From: Fibrobacteria bacterium
Lineage (GTDB): Bacteria; Fibrobacterota; Fibrobacteria; UBA11236; JADFYW01
Direction: 5' to 3'
NCBI GenBank assembly: GCA_050294405.1
Contig: JBNKOC010000027.1
Span: 67,639-131,638 of the forward strand
DNA length: 64,000 bases
The position numbers were made by a program, and so were the translations under genes. The notes below the pieces were generated by a model. That model was not told the origin of the DNA, searched no databases, and saw nothing but the letters and a program-made list of their open reading frames with translations. Below, in pieces: positions 1 through 9,757 of this stretch (position 1 is its first letter; the number at the start of each line of letters is the position of its first letter).

Positions 1-1
1 T

Positions 2-874
2 TATGTAGGGGTTTTCATTGGAATCCAGATGTATGTCACTGGTCCAGGCCACATTATCTGCATTTCCGGAATAAATTTTGGTGAAAGCATTGGGGTCGGG
101 ACCGTCTTCATCCCAGAAGTTATTATCAATTACATCCCCAAAGCTGTTGTATGTTTTGCCGCCTTTTAAATAGCCGTGGTACACGCTATTGTTGAAATCA
201 CGGGGATGGTGCTCGGTGGTAATAAAATGAATCACATCTTTGTTATTAGAGGCATAACGCACATAGGGCCTGCCGTAATGCACTACCAGGCGCCCCCCAT
301 ATTTCCAGGACTGCCCCTCATTATCCGACACAAAGGCATTGGGATTCCAGCCACGGCCTCTGTGAAAATTGTAAATGCGCCCATTGCCGTTATTTTCAGC
401 TGCCAGGTGAAATACATTGCTATAGGTGTTTTCGCCTCCCACATCCAGGGACTGGGGGTTAGACCAAACCGCACTATTCCCGGAATCGGAGAAAGCCCAG
501 AACATGTTGTTGTCGTAATTGTGGCCTGCAAACACGCACAAATAGCGTCCATCCTGGAGTGACAACAAAGCGCCTTGATCATGGTCATCGCCGCCGTGAG
601 GACCAGGAGCAATTCCCACCGTAACCGTTTCGGAACTTTTAGAGTTTAAGTTATATGTACTCACTCTTACATGTTTAGCCAGGGATTGCCCCCCAGGCCC
701 CGCAGAGTTAGCCACAGAGCTCACTATTATTTTTTCGTCGTGAACAATAATGCCCTCTGAATTAAACCAGCTCCAGCCCCCATTATCCGTAAAAACAATT
801 TCCTCAGAAATTTTCTGAATGATTTCCTGGTTCCAGCTAAAAGAAGCCAGTAATACAACTCCAACAGTTGCCAT
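2..874 (-). CDS. BNR-4/sialidase-like beta-propeller protein (start codon at 874; C-terminus cut by the window edge)
   Basis: My own reverse-strand translation from the ATG at 872-874 stays open to position 2. It reads MATVGVVLLASFSWNQ...GPHGGDDHDQGALLSLQDGRYLCVFAGHNYDNNMFWAFSDSG...RIYNFHRGRGWNPNAFVSDNEGQSWKYGG...HFITTEHHPRDFNNSVYHGYLKGGK...NVAWTSDIHLDSNENPYI. It is absent from the ORF track because it has no stop in the window. Family assignment is from memory of BNR-4-type proteins. Confidence 0.55.
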   Translation of the reverse strand, partial: MATVGVVLLASFSWNQEIIQKISEEIVFTDNGGWSWFNSEGIIVHDEKIIVSSVANSAGPGGQSLAKHVRVSTYNLNSKSSETVTVGIAPGPHGGDDHDQGALLSLQDGRYLCVFAGHNYDNNMFWAFSDSGNSAVWSNPQSLDVGGENTYSNVFHLAAENNGNGRIYNFHRGRGWNPNAFVSDNEGQSWKYGGRLVVHYGRPYVRYASNNKDVIHFITTEHHPRDFNNSVYHGYLKGGKTYNSFGDVIDNNFWDEDGPDPNAFTKIYSGNADNVAWTSDIHLDSNENPYI

Positions 875-1031
875 TTTAAAATGCCTGGGCCCAATGCGCA
901 TAAGTTCCCCTCTTTAAATTTTCACATCCCATTTCCAGACGCCCAGGATCTGAAACCTGTCCCATAAACTTAAACTCAAAAAGAAATTTTGAGTCAAAAA
1001 AAAGTCTTATAAAATAAATTTTCACTAATTT

Positions 1032-1049
1032 TATACTGTTAACAGTATA
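1032..1049. repeat. Perfect 18-bp palindrome TATACTGTTAACAGTATA in the divergent BNR-4/guaA intergenic region
   Basis: Read directly from the sequence. Function unknown. Confidence 0.9.
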
Positions 1050-1265
1050 TTTTAAATTAACTTTGGAAACATCAAGTGTTTGTTTTCCACATTTCCGGGT
1101 TTTAAAATATTTCGCCCGGAGCAAAAAAATAGCCCCCAATATAATTTCCCTGACTTTGCGTGCTGGACAGTCCCGTATTTTTCACAAAGGAAGATAAAAA
1201 CCCAGGGGACTATTTGGACAGCCGGTACACATTCAACCCAAAACAAATTTTATTAGATTGCCAAT

Positions 1266-3056
1266 ATGAAAAATAAACTAGCTGTAATTGATTTTGGCGG
1301 CCAATACGCCCATTTAATTGCCAATAGGGTAAGGCGTTTGGGAGTTTATGCCGAAGTGTTGCCATCTTATGCCAGCTTGGAAGAGCTGGAGCCCTTTAAG
1401 GCAGTTATTTTATCCGGTGGCCCGGCTTCGGTATATAGCCCCGATGCCCCGGAATTTAATCCGGAACTGCTCAAAACAAAGGTTCCCGTTTTGGGCATAT
1501 GTTATGGCCATCAATTGCTATGTATCCACTACGGCGGCAAAGTAGAGCAAAGCCCGCAAAGGGAATATGGCCCGGCTAAATTCAGCCCCCAGGGAGGTTC
1601 GCGTCTGCTTGAAGGTGTTTCCAGCCAAACCACTATGTGGATGAGCCACGGCGATGAGGTTCGTCACATTCCCGAGGACTTTCATGTTATTGGCCAAACA
1701 TCGGCTTGTCCTTTTGCAGCTATTTCCAATTCTTCCAACACACGCTTTGGCATCCAGTTCCACCCCGAGGTGACCCACTCCGTGGAAGGAAGCAAAGTGC
1801 TTGAAAATTTTCTCAATATTTGCGGACTTAGCAAAGACTGGGATATGGCCAGCTATCTGGAAAACTTAAAAGCCAGGTTAATAAAGCAATGCCAGGGAAA
1901 AAACGTCTTTTTGCTAGTGAGCGGCGGGGTCGATTCCACAGTGGCCTTTGGCCTTTTAAACAATGTATTGGGTCCCGAGCGGGTCAAAGGGCTCCACATA
2001 GATAACGGCCTCATGCGCAAAGACGAAAGCCGCGAAATTATGGACTTTATGTCGGCCCAGGGCTTTGAAAATTTGATTTTCTGCGACGCTAAAAAAGATT
2101 TTTTGAATAAGCTTGAAGGCGTTTACGAACCCGAGGCCAAACGCAAAATTATCGGCGATACTTTTTTGGAAGTCCTGGATAATCAGGTGTCCGCATTAAG
2201 ACTAGACCCCGAAAAATGGATTATGGCCCAAGGCACCACTTATCCCGATACTATCGAAAGCGGGGGCACCAAAAATTCCGCCACCATTAAAACCCACCAT
2301 AACCGCGTGCCCAAAGCAGTGGAAATGCTGGAGAAAGGCCTTATTATTGAACCCCTGGCAGAGCTTTATAAAGATGAAGTTCGCGCGCTGGGAACTGAAT
2401 TGGGCATCCCCGACCATTTAGTTTGGCGGCATCCATTTCCTGGACCTGGTTTAGGGGTTCGCTATTTATGCCTGGATGCTTTATCGGCTAAAGCCGCGGA
2501 CAATTCACCGGCTGGTCTATCCTCCTATCTGAAAGAAAAAAACCTAAAGGGAAAAATGCTGCCCATTAAAAGCGTGGGCGTGCAAGGAGATGGAAGAACT
2601 TACGCCCATCCCTGTTTGTTATCTTCCGTCCCAAATTGGGAGGCTGTAAAGGATGTATCTACAGAAATCACCAATCAATTTTCCGAGATAAACAGGGTGG
2701 TTTTGGAAATCGCCCATGCAGGCGATGGAGAATACATTGCCGTAGAACAGCAACTGGACGAAAACAAACTCCATTTTTTGCGGGAAGCCGACGCCCTTTG
2801 CACCGAGGCTTTATTTGCGAATAACCTGTATAAAGATATCTGGCAAATGCCTGTAGTGCTTTTGCCTCTGGAAATCGGAGGTAAACCTGTAGTGGTGATG
2901 CGCCCTATTCACAGCTCCGAGGCCATGACAGCCAATTATGCAGAAATTGATTTTGGCATATTAAACAATTTGTGGGAAAAACTAAAAGCCATTGGCACCG
3001 GGGCGCTTTTGTACGATATTACACATAAGCCTCCGGGAACCATAGAATGGGAATAA
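1266..3056 (+). CDS. guaA: GMP synthase (glutamine-hydrolysing), long form
   Basis: The N-terminal class-I amidotransferase has GICYGHQL and HPEV. The ATP-PPase P-loop is SGGVDSTV. The C-terminus is KPPGTIEWE. Length is 596 aa. Confidence 0.95.
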   Translation: MKNKLAVIDFGGQYAHLIANRVRRLGVYAEVLPSYASLEELEPFKAVILSGGPASVYSPDAPEFNPELLKTKVPVLGICYGHQLLCIHYGGKVEQSPQREYGPAKFSPQGGSRLLEGVSSQTTMWMSHGDEVRHIPEDFHVIGQTSACPFAAISNSSNTRFGIQFHPEVTHSVEGSKVLENFLNICGLSKDWDMASYLENLKARLIKQCQGKNVFLLVSGGVDSTVAFGLLNNVLGPERVKGLHIDNGLMRKDESREIMDFMSAQGFENLIFCDAKKDFLNKLEGVYEPEAKRKIIGDTFLEVLDNQVSALRLDPEKWIMAQGTTYPDTIESGGTKNSATIKTHHNRVPKAVEMLEKGLIIEPLAELYKDEVRALGTELGIPDHLVWRHPFPGPGLGVRYLCLDALSAKAADNSPAGLSSYLKEKNLKGKMLPIKSVGVQGDGRTYAHPCLLSSVPNWEAVKDVSTEITNQFSEINRVVLEIAHAGDGEYIAVEQQLDENKLHFLREADALCTEALFANNLYKDIWQMPVVLLPLEIGGKPVVVMRPIHSSEAMTANYAEIDFGILNNLWEKLKAIGTGALLYDITHKPPGTIEWE

Positions 3057-3134
3057 AACAAAATATTATTGGCCCCCTTTCCCTAAAAAATTTTAAATAA
3101 GGTATAGGGCAATTTTTTTGCCCGCAAAAATTGA

Positions 3135-4295
3135 ATGGAACCAAGACTTCACGAAACCGCTAAGAAAAAAGAAAAAGCTATGGTCGTTGGGGTAGCCACT
3201 AGAGGCACCTCTCCCCAAAAGGCTAAACTGCATTTGGAAGAATTGTCCCGACTGGTGGAAACGGCCGGAGCCGATGTGGTAGAGCGCGTGATTCAAAATC
3301 GCCCCAGTATCGACCCTGGCACCTTAATTGGCTCAGGAAAGTTGCGGGAAATTGGAATTTGGGTTAAAGAGAATAACATCGACCTGGTAGCCTTTGACGA
3401 AGACCTTTCCCCTTCCCAGGCCAAAAAAATAGAAATGGAACTTGGCGTAAAAGTTCTGGATAGAAGCGGCATCATTCTTGATATATTTGCCCGTAATGCC
3501 CAAACTGCCGAATCTCGTATCCAGGTGGAAGTAGCTCAACTGGAATATTATTTGCCGCGCTTAACCCGAGCCTGGACCCACTTAAGCCGTCAGGTGGGCG
3601 GAATAGGAACCAGAGGTCCCGGTGAAACCCAGTTGGAAGTGGACAGACGTTTAGTGCGCGACCGAATCAGCTTTCTGAAAAAAAAGTTAAAGAAAAACGA
3701 AGGCATATTAATAAGGCAGCACAAAAGAAGATATCCGGCCATGCATGTGGCTTTAGTGGGTTACACCAATACAGGCAAATCCTCTTTGATGAATCTTTTG
3801 ACCAATTCCGAAGTGCTAGTGGAAAACAAATTGTTTGCCACTTTAGATGCCACAACCCGCAAGCTGCCTTTGGGCAGACGGCAGGGGGCTGTGTTGTCGG
3901 ATACCGTAGGTTTTATCCGCAAACTTCCCCACCATCTGGTCCAGAGCTTTAAAAGCACATTAAGCGTGGTAAGTGAAGCCTCTCTCATATTGCATTTGGT
4001 GGATGGCAGCGATCCGGATTTTCAATCCCACATGGAAGTAACAGGACAAGTATTGGAAGAACTGGATACCGAACATATTCCCCGCATAACGGTTTTTAAT
4101 AAAATCGATATGCTGGACCCCGAACACTTAAAAATTTTAAAGTCCAATTTTCCCGATGCCTTTTTTATTTCCGTTTACGAGAAAGAAGGTATCGAAGCTT
4201 TAAAAGCGAAAATTATCGATGTATTTGAAAGACACAAAGTGCTGCATCAAAAAGAAGTGAACCGCCCGGCTAGCAAGGGCTGGTCCACCGCCTGA
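3135..4295 (+). CDS. hflX: GTPase HflX
   Basis: The HflX N-domain has IFARNAQTAESRIQVEVAQLEYYLPRL and GPGETQLEVDRR. G1 is GYTNTGKSS, followed by DTVGF and NKID. Confidence 0.93.
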   Translation: MEPRLHETAKKKEKAMVVGVATRGTSPQKAKLHLEELSRLVETAGADVVERVIQNRPSIDPGTLIGSGKLREIGIWVKENNIDLVAFDEDLSPSQAKKIEMELGVKVLDRSGIILDIFARNAQTAESRIQVEVAQLEYYLPRLTRAWTHLSRQVGGIGTRGPGETQLEVDRRLVRDRISFLKKKLKKNEGILIRQHKRRYPAMHVALVGYTNTGKSSLMNLLTNSEVLVENKLFATLDATTRKLPLGRRQGAVLSDTVGFIRKLPHHLVQSFKSTLSVVSEASLILHLVDGSDPDFQSHMEVTGQVLEELDTEHIPRITVFNKIDMLDPEHLKILKSNFPDAFFISVYEKEGIEALKAKIIDVFERHKVLHQKEVNRPASKGWSTA

Positions 4296-4305
4296 ACCAA
4301 AATTT

Positions 4306-5202
4306 ATGGCCCCCACTTCACCTAGCCTCAACAAGTATTTAACCCGCGATTATATTTCCAGCATTAAAAGCCTGCAATTAAAGGCCAATGCTATTATTAA
4401 AGGTTCGATGTTAGGTTTGCACTCCTCCCCTTTCAGGGGGTATTCCAGTGAATTTTTCCAATACCGCAGTTATTCTCCGGGCGATCCCATGAAGTATTTC
4501 GATTGGAAAATTTATGGCAAAAATGAAAAGAAAATGATTCGCCAATTCAAAAATGAAACCAATGCCAGAGTGTACGTGGTACTGGACAGCTCAAAGTCCA
4601 TGGCATTTAAGGGAGAAAAGGGCGAAGAAAAATTGGAATACGCCAAAGTATTGGGGGCTAGCATAGCCATGTTAGCACATCAACAACGAGACGCTTTTTC
4701 TTTTATACACGGAGCTAACAACATTAACATTAAAACAGAGTTGGGAAACTCAAACGCCCATCTAAAAAACAGCCTGACTGTTCTGGAAAAATTAAACTGC
4801 GAGGGGCAAACAGAATTAGGTGGCATGTTTAACAAATTGGCTCCCTATTTAAAATCGGGCAGCATGTGTTTTGTTTTTTCCGATTTTTGGCAGGACCCTT
4901 CCCAGTATTTAAACTCTCTTAAAAAAATTTGCCACAAAAGCGCTATTACTTTGGTGCAGGTTCACAGTCCTGAAGAATCGGCCTTTTTAAAAGGAAAAAA
5001 CTTGGAGTTGGTAGACATGGAAAGCGGCGAAAAAATCAAATTGTCCGGCTCCCAGTTAGACAATCAATATAAAGAAGCCTTAAAAGAATTCCAGTCCCGA
5101 TTGCATATTGAATTTTCCAAATTAAAACTCCGATATATCAAACTGTCCACAGATGAGCCCTTTATCCATAGCCTGCGCCAGGTTTTAAATCTTAAGTATT
5201 AA
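4306..5202 (+). CDS. DUF58 domain protein (MoxR/Bat-operon type)
   Basis: FRGYSSEFFQYRSYSPGDPMKYFDWKIYGK...VVLDSSKSM is typical of DUF58/vWA-like proteins. Confidence 0.8.
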   Translation: MAPTSPSLNKYLTRDYISSIKSLQLKANAIIKGSMLGLHSSPFRGYSSEFFQYRSYSPGDPMKYFDWKIYGKNEKKMIRQFKNETNARVYVVLDSSKSMAFKGEKGEEKLEYAKVLGASIAMLAHQQRDAFSFIHGANNINIKTELGNSNAHLKNSLTVLEKLNCEGQTELGGMFNKLAPYLKSGSMCFVFSDFWQDPSQYLNSLKKICHKSAITLVQVHSPEESAFLKGKNLELVDMESGEKIKLSGSQLDNQYKEALKEFQSRLHIEFSKLKLRYIKLSTDEPFIHSLRQVLNLKY

Positions 5203-5207
5203 CATAG

Positions 5208-7187
5208 ATGTGGGCTTTTTTAAATCCTTTTGCATTATGGGCCTTAGCCGCCGCAGCCATTCCCCTGGCTATTCATCTGCTTGGGCGCAACAAATTAAAA
5301 ACCAGTCCCTTCCCTTCCCTATTGCTTTTAAAAGAGGAACTCTCCCAGGCCTCCCGTCAAAACCAACTTAAGAACATATTGCTTTTAATATTGCGCACCC
5401 TGTTTATTTTATGCGTAGTCCTTGCCTTGGGCAATCCTGTTTATCGAACTTCTGGCCAGGGCGCATCCCGTGAAGTCCAACTGGCCTATGTATACAACAA
5501 CGGTGTATTAGCCGGGTTAAAAACAGAAAATAAAAACACTATTTTTGACCTGGAAAATCAATTTTCCCGGCAGTTGGATTCCAGCAGCAAACTGCCTCTA
5601 AAAAAGTTTTGGCTAATACCCAGCGCAAGCGACACCCACAGCCCAAAAATCCAGGAGCGTTACGGCAATTACAATGATGCAATGGAGCAAATCCGCGGTT
5701 TTTTATCCCAAAGTACCGCAGCCGACAACCATATATATATTCCTGTTTTGCGGTATAAAGATATGTTAAATAGCCTTTCCAGTTTGGAAAGGCTTTGCCA
5801 AAGTTTTCCCCAGTCCAAATTTTTTCTTTTAGATGGCACTCCATACATTCCCACTTTACCGGGAATCCACTTAAGCCATGCCAAGGTCCATGCAAAAAAG
5901 CCCATATTCCAACTGAGCTACCAGATTAGCAATAAAGAAAAGGCCAATCCAAAAGCCCGACTCAGAAATTTTTTAGGGGAAAATTTATTACAGGAAATGG
6001 ATTTACCATCCCAAAACCGGGAATTAGAACTAAACATACCCCTAAATGACAACGCTTTTTACACTGGGAAAATTGCCCTGGACCAAACAGAGGCTTTTCC
6101 TCAAATGGGATATTTTGTTTTTAAGGCACCCCAAATCCTGCATATATTGCATGTGGGAAGTGATTTAGCCTCCCTTGCCAGCTTAGGCAAGACCCAGCAG
6201 TTAAAAAACATAGATCACGTTCCTAACTTTTTAAGCAGCCATTCGGATTCTTTAAGCAAGTACAATGCTATTGTTATCGCCAACCCCAGCCTGATTCCCG
6301 ATGCGGTGTTTTCCAATTTGCAAAATTATATCAAACAAGGGGGAACATTGATTTTTATTCCCGGTGAAAACATCGATATCCCCCGCAGCAACCGAAACCT
6401 TTTGGTTCCTGCGCAAATGGGTTTTTTAAGCAATCGGGAAGAGACACGCCTGGCCGATAACCAAAATAACACGGAGCTCGAATTAAAAACCCAATCTCTG
6501 GGGGATATTCACGAAGCCCTTTTAGCCCTGAGCCCATCATCCTACATTGCCAAACAATATCAAATCACCCCCCATTTAAATGCCGAAGTGCTGTTGCAAT
6601 CCAAACAAGGGCCCTTATTGCTCCGCTCCAAAATGGAAAAAGGCTTTCTTTATTTATGGACTACCAACCTAGATAACCTGGAATGGACCTCACTGGGAGC
6701 CTCTGCTTTTTTACCCCTATTACACCAGCATATAATTGGAGCCACTGATTCGGATAACTGGAAAAACCAGGAAGTACATTCGGATTCCCAATATGTCATT
6801 CCCATAAACTCTGAAGCATCCAAAAAATTTGAAGTTATTAGCCCTTCGGGAAAAATATTTTCAGAAATAACGGAGCGCTATAATTCCAGGCTAATTGGTC
6901 CTTTTCCTAAAACCGGAGTGTACCAGATATTAAACGGCAAAGACAGTAATTACATTGCCGTAAATTTAGCACCTATGGAAGAATTAGAAAAAGAGGAACT
7001 GGACAAAAAATTGCAGAACATAAAAAACTCTGTAAAATGGATAGACTTCCAAAAAAGTATGGAGCTCATCCAATTAGAAGGCCGTATTTCCCTTTGGCCT
7101 TATTTTTTAATGGCGGCTGCTTTATGTCTTTTATTGGAATTGGCGTTGATTCGGTTATTAGCGCCTAAAATCCGGCTAAAATCTTAG
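5208..7187 (+). CDS. BatA-type N-terminal double-TM membrane protein with a C-terminal TM anchor
   Basis: The N-terminus FLNPFALWALAAAAIPLAIHLLGRNK matches the aerotolerance BatA N-terminal motif. A second TM follows, and there is a C-terminal hydrophobic helix. Confidence 0.6.
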   Translation: MWAFLNPFALWALAAAAIPLAIHLLGRNKLKTSPFPSLLLLKEELSQASRQNQLKNILLLILRTLFILCVVLALGNPVYRTSGQGASREVQLAYVYNNGVLAGLKTENKNTIFDLENQFSRQLDSSSKLPLKKFWLIPSASDTHSPKIQERYGNYNDAMEQIRGFLSQSTAADNHIYIPVLRYKDMLNSLSSLERLCQSFPQSKFFLLDGTPYIPTLPGIHLSHAKVHAKKPIFQLSYQISNKEKANPKARLRNFLGENLLQEMDLPSQNRELELNIPLNDNAFYTGKIALDQTEAFPQMGYFVFKAPQILHILHVGSDLASLASLGKTQQLKNIDHVPNFLSSHSDSLSKYNAIVIANPSLIPDAVFSNLQNYIKQGGTLIFIPGENIDIPRSNRNLLVPAQMGFLSNREETRLADNQNNTELELKTQSLGDIHEALLALSPSSYIAKQYQITPHLNAEVLLQSKQGPLLLRSKMEKGFLYLWTTNLDNLEWTSLGASAFLPLLHQHIIGATDSDNWKNQEVHSDSQYVIPINSEASKKFEVISPSGKIFSEITERYNSRLIGPFPKTGVYQILNGKDSNYIAVNLAPMEELEKEELDKKLQNIKNSVKWIDFQKSMELIQLEGRISLWPYFLMAAALCLLLELALIRLLAPKIRLKS

Positions 7188-7251
7188 CCAGCACTAATTT
7201 TTCAAATTAAGCCGGGATTCCAGTTTTCTGCCTTTTTTTTATAATTAAGCC

Positions 7252-8121
7252 ATGGAAATTAATGGCAACAGCAGGTTTATAGGTCTTTTTGGAAACCCTG
7301 TGGGCCATAGCCTTTCCCCGCAAATGCACAATCCTAATTTTGAAGATTGTGGCATAAACGCTATTTACATTCCTCTAAAAACCGACCCCAATAAAATTGC
7401 CACTGCCGTAGATGCTCTAAGGGCCTTTCATTTTTTAGGGGCTAATGTAACCATTCCTTTTAAGTCAGATGTTATTGCCCATTTAGATGAGGTTTCTGAA
7501 ATATCCCAAATCATTGGGGCGGTAAACACCATTGTAAATAAAGAAGGCAAATTGTGGGGCACTACCACAGATCCCGAAGGCTTTTTGACCAGTTTTAAAA
7601 CCATGGACGAAAATTTTGATAATAAATCCGTGGCCTTGTTTGGAACAGGCGGCACCGCGCGCACTTTGGCTTATGCTTTGAGCTTAATGGAATCCCCAAA
7701 ACAGATAAACATACTGGGGCGCAATAACGCAAAAGCCGCAAATTTGGCAGCCGAAGTGAAGGAAAAAACCGGTAAAAATATTAAGGGACACTCTATTTCT
7801 GATTTTTCAAAAATCACCCATGAAACAAATGTTATTATAAACGCCACTTCTGTGGGAATGGTTCCCAATACAGAAAATAGCGTGGCAAAATTCGAAGATT
7901 TAAATGAAGGGCAAGTGGTTTATGATGTTGTATACCAACCCGAAGAAACCGCCCTGCTGAAATCCGCCCGGCAAAAAGGCTTAAAATGTTTGGGAGGCTT
8001 GGGCATGTTAGTCTACCAGGGAATTTCCAGTTTTACCCATTGGACCGGTATTACTCCCAAGCCCGAACTTTATTTTAAAGCCCTACGACAAGCTCTTGAT
8101 AACAAAGAGGAGCACAAATAA
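7252..8121 (+). CDS. aroE: Shikimate 5-dehydrogenase
   Basis: GLFGNPVGHSLSPQMHN, GANVTIPFK, NTIV and the GTGGTARTLAY Rossmann motif. Confidence 0.9.
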   Translation: MEINGNSRFIGLFGNPVGHSLSPQMHNPNFEDCGINAIYIPLKTDPNKIATAVDALRAFHFLGANVTIPFKSDVIAHLDEVSEISQIIGAVNTIVNKEGKLWGTTTDPEGFLTSFKTMDENFDNKSVALFGTGGTARTLAYALSLMESPKQINILGRNNAKAANLAAEVKEKTGKNIKGHSISDFSKITHETNVIINATSVGMVPNTENSVAKFEDLNEGQVVYDVVYQPEETALLKSARQKGLKCLGGLGMLVYQGISSFTHWTGITPKPELYFKALRQALDNKEEHK

Positions 8122-9737
8122 TGGAATTCAAGCTCCCCAAGCGTATTTATTTTACGGGCTTTATGGCCACTGGAAAATCCAGAATGGCCGAGTTAACAGC
8201 TGCTGCCTTAAAATGGAAATTTTACGACACAGATCTATACATTGTCACTAAAACCGGGCTTACCATCTCCGAAATTTTTGAAAACGAAGGGGAAGCTGGC
8301 TTTAGAAAATTAGAGCTGGAAGCCCTTGAAGAATTAAGCAAAAAACGCCAGGCCGTAATTGCTTTAGGGGGAGGAAGCTTAACTCAACCCAAAGCCGTTG
8401 AATTGGTTAAAAACTCGGGCATTCTGGTGGGCCTTTGGGCCAAACCCTCCACCATTTTAGAAAGGGTCAACCGCAAAAACACCCGCCCCCTACTGGCCAA
8501 TTTGAGTGATGAAAAGAAAATGAAAAAAATTGTTCAGATGCTCGAAGAACGAAAAGACTATTACGACCTCGCGGACTTTCAGGTAGAGTCCAGAGAAGAT
8601 GTGCCTCACCATGTATTAACTCACAAAATTATAAATCGAATCCGTCTGGAATCTTTAAAACCCTTAACGGTGGAATTGGCGGAGAGAAGTTATCCCATAT
8701 ACATCGAGGAAAAAAACCTGCAATTGCTGCCTGCATTGTCAGAAAAACTGGAATTGCCCTCCCACTATGTCATTGTCACCGATGTGGTGCTAAAGGAAAA
8801 ACACAAAGAAGAACTAAAAAACCTATCGGCCCAACTGGGTAATTGCCGAAGCTTTTACTTTCGCACGGGAGAGGCCGAAAAATCTTTGGTTTCCATAAAC
8901 CGCCTTATTACATATTTGCTTAAACATAAATATTCCCGCAAAACCACCTTAATCGCTTACGGAGGAGGCATTGTGGGAGATATGGTTGGCTTTGCCGCTT
9001 CCATATTTTTAAGGGGAGTGCCCTTTGTTCAAGTACCCACCAGCTTATTGGCCATGGTAGACAGCTCCGTGGGAGGCAAAACGGGAGTCAACCACCGCTA
9101 TGGAAAAAATTTAATCGGGAGTTTTTACCAGCCCCGGGCCGTTATGATTCAAATAGCCGCCCTTAAAACTCTGCCCCATATTGAATACCTGGCAGGCATG
9201 GCCGAGGTGATTAAGTATGCCGTAATTTGGGATAAAAACTTTTTTGATTTTTTATGGGACAATTCAGAAGGCATTCTTAACAAAGATCCCGAACTGCTCC
9301 GAAAAATTTTGAAAAAATGCTGTGCCATAAAGGCCCAGGTGGTAAGCCAGGATGAAAAAGAATCCGGAATTAGAGCCATATTAAATTACGGACACACCTT
9401 TGGCCACGCCATCGAAACCCTGGCGGGTTACGGAAATTTAACTCACGGAATTGCCGTGGCCAGAGGAATGGTCGTAGCCATGCGGCTGGCAGTGCTTCTA
9501 AAAAAAATAAACCCATCAGCAGAAAGTAAACAGTTGGAGCTTTTGAAAAAATTTGACTTTCCTCTGAAATTTAATGTGAATGAGGAAAGCGCCTGGGATA
9601 TAATGGGAGTGGATAAAAAAGTCGAGGGAGATAAACGCATATATATTCTCCCCACGGAAATAGGAAAAGTGGAAAGGGTTTCTGGAGTTGCCAAGGAGTT
9701 GGTGCATCAGTCCTGGCAGGCTATTAAAAACCTGTAA
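8121..9737 (+). CDS. aroKB: Bifunctional shikimate kinase / 3-dehydroquinate synthase
   Basis: The N-terminal AroK P-loop is GFMATGKS. The C-terminal AroB has GGGIVGDMVGFAAS, VPTSLLAMVDSSVGGKTGVN and NYGHTFGHAIE. The start overlaps the aroE stop (TAATG). Confidence 0.92.
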   Translation: MEFKLPKRIYFTGFMATGKSRMAELTAAALKWKFYDTDLYIVTKTGLTISEIFENEGEAGFRKLELEALEELSKKRQAVIALGGGSLTQPKAVELVKNSGILVGLWAKPSTILERVNRKNTRPLLANLSDEKKMKKIVQMLEERKDYYDLADFQVESREDVPHHVLTHKIINRIRLESLKPLTVELAERSYPIYIEEKNLQLLPALSEKLELPSHYVIVTDVVLKEKHKEELKNLSAQLGNCRSFYFRTGEAEKSLVSINRLITYLLKHKYSRKTTLIAYGGGIVGDMVGFAASIFLRGVPFVQVPTSLLAMVDSSVGGKTGVNHRYGKNLIGSFYQPRAVMIQIAALKTLPHIEYLAGMAEVIKYAVIWDKNFFDFLWDNSEGILNKDPELLRKILKKCCAIKAQVVSQDEKESGIRAILNYGHTFGHAIETLAGYGNLTHGIAVARGMVVAMRLAVLLKKINPSAESKQLELLKKFDFPLKFNVNEESAWDIMGVDKKVEGDKRIYILPTEIGKVERVSGVAKELVHQSWQAIKNL

Positions 9738-9757
9738 AAAATTAATTTAGAGAAAAT

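Noticed and set aside
1032-1049. The 18-bp palindrome as a second LexA box
   Set aside because: The half-sites resemble TACTGT/ACAGTA, but the spacer is 2 nt rather than 8. That is incompatible with the geometry of the box at dnaE2 and of known LexA sites.
176-1246. Track ORFs 176..562(+), 283..612(-), 876..1139(-), 1052..1246(-)
   Set aside because: The first two are alternative-frame shadows of the real minus-strand BNR-4-like gene (2..874), which translates into a coherent propeller-like protein. The last two lie in the AT-rich divergent promoter region, have low-complexity translations and have no RBS.
1140-1265. Purine/guanine riboswitch upstream of guaA
   Set aside because: I could not find the conserved three-way-junction core (for example the UAUA...CCGUAAAU-type segments) or a terminator/anti-terminator pair in the leader.
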